Of a DNA stretch of 20,000 nt, positions 19,263-20,000 are shown piece after piece (within the stretch, counting starts at the first letter, position 1; each line of letters opens with the position of its first letter). The DNA is from Trichoplax sp. H2 (Eukaryota): contig NOWV01000191.1 in assembly GCA_003344405.1 (NCBI GenBank), positions 123,562 to 143,561 on the forward strand. The letters run 5' to 3'. The notes beneath the pieces were generated by a model. The model made no database searches and was not told the DNA's origin. It was given only the letters and a program-made list of their open reading frames with translations. The translations under genes and the position numbers were made by a program.

Positions 19263-20000
19263 GAAGAGCAAGATAGATATCCTGCTAGCTTCCCAATTCG
19301 CACTTGATTGCAGTATATAGCTGACCGATTTTTACGTTTGCAGCACTGTTCAAAGGCCCATATTTTACTGGTCAGTTTTTATTTACAATTTGTACTAGTC
19401 AATATCCACCGCTGCTTGACAAGTAGTAATAATAAATAAATTGAAATACCTAAACTGAGAACATCGATCAAGTCAATCTATCTTTTTTAACGCCAATATC
19501 AAACACCTTGTCCCATTTTCCTATATGTCAAGCTTAAAAGTAAGAAATGCAATCGAATCAACGAATGCATGGCTTATCAAGGAGCCGAATTGATCCGGCT
19601 CCAATTATGACTATAGCATGTTAAGTCTACATCTCACTGTGCTCTTGCTGCACTTCATTTTTGACCGCATTGCATCGTAGTAAATAATCCATAATTGTAT
19701 ATCGTGCGTTTAAAACGAATATTCTACACCCTTTAGTAGAATAACGACGGTGCTGCAATCTGCAAGCGTTGCATTGTAATATAGCTCATCGATTTTAACG
19801 TCTTGTACAATCGATGATCATATCACACAAAATGAGCAGTTAACGAAGGAGTCAATCTTACCTGTTTTACACGCCAACCTAACATGTACTGTAAGCACTC
19901 ATGCAGCCTCTTATAAAACCCAAATCGTGGCACAAATTAATTAATTATATATTGTACAAGTGTATGTATGCAATGGATTTTGTTATAAATTAGAGTCTAT

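Overview
AT-rich eukaryotic genomic DNA with many short introns (mostly ~75-250 nt), resembling a compact early-branching animal genome (placozoan/Trichoplax-like; inferred from style only). The supplied ORF track captures only fragments, so I spliced the genes by hand. (1) + strand, 75-12300: the last 48 exons (~2,220 aa, 5' end outside the window) of a giant secreted mega-thrombospondin-type protein. Domain order is ~20 LRRs (one per exon), LRRCT, FN3, PA14/fibro-slime-like, 2 cadherin repeats, Cys-rich ephrin-receptor-like repeats, 4 EGF, TSP type-3 repeats, TSP C-terminal L-lectin and LamG/pentraxin-like. It ends in ...[19 protein letters not shown], a furin-type site 12 residues before a KDEL-type ER-retrieval signal. 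(2) - strand, 16738-13458: a complete 11-exon XRCC4 gene (338 aa). (3) + strand from ~17798: the first large coding exon of a PDCD4-like gene, head-to-head with XRCC4. Two ~200-bp tandem-repeat arrays lie in the unusually long 5' introns of XRCC4 and PDCD4. The most interesting signals are the cleavable ER-retention tail, the fibro-slime/PA14 module in an animal ECM protein, the lost DDD motif and a probable GC-AG intron.
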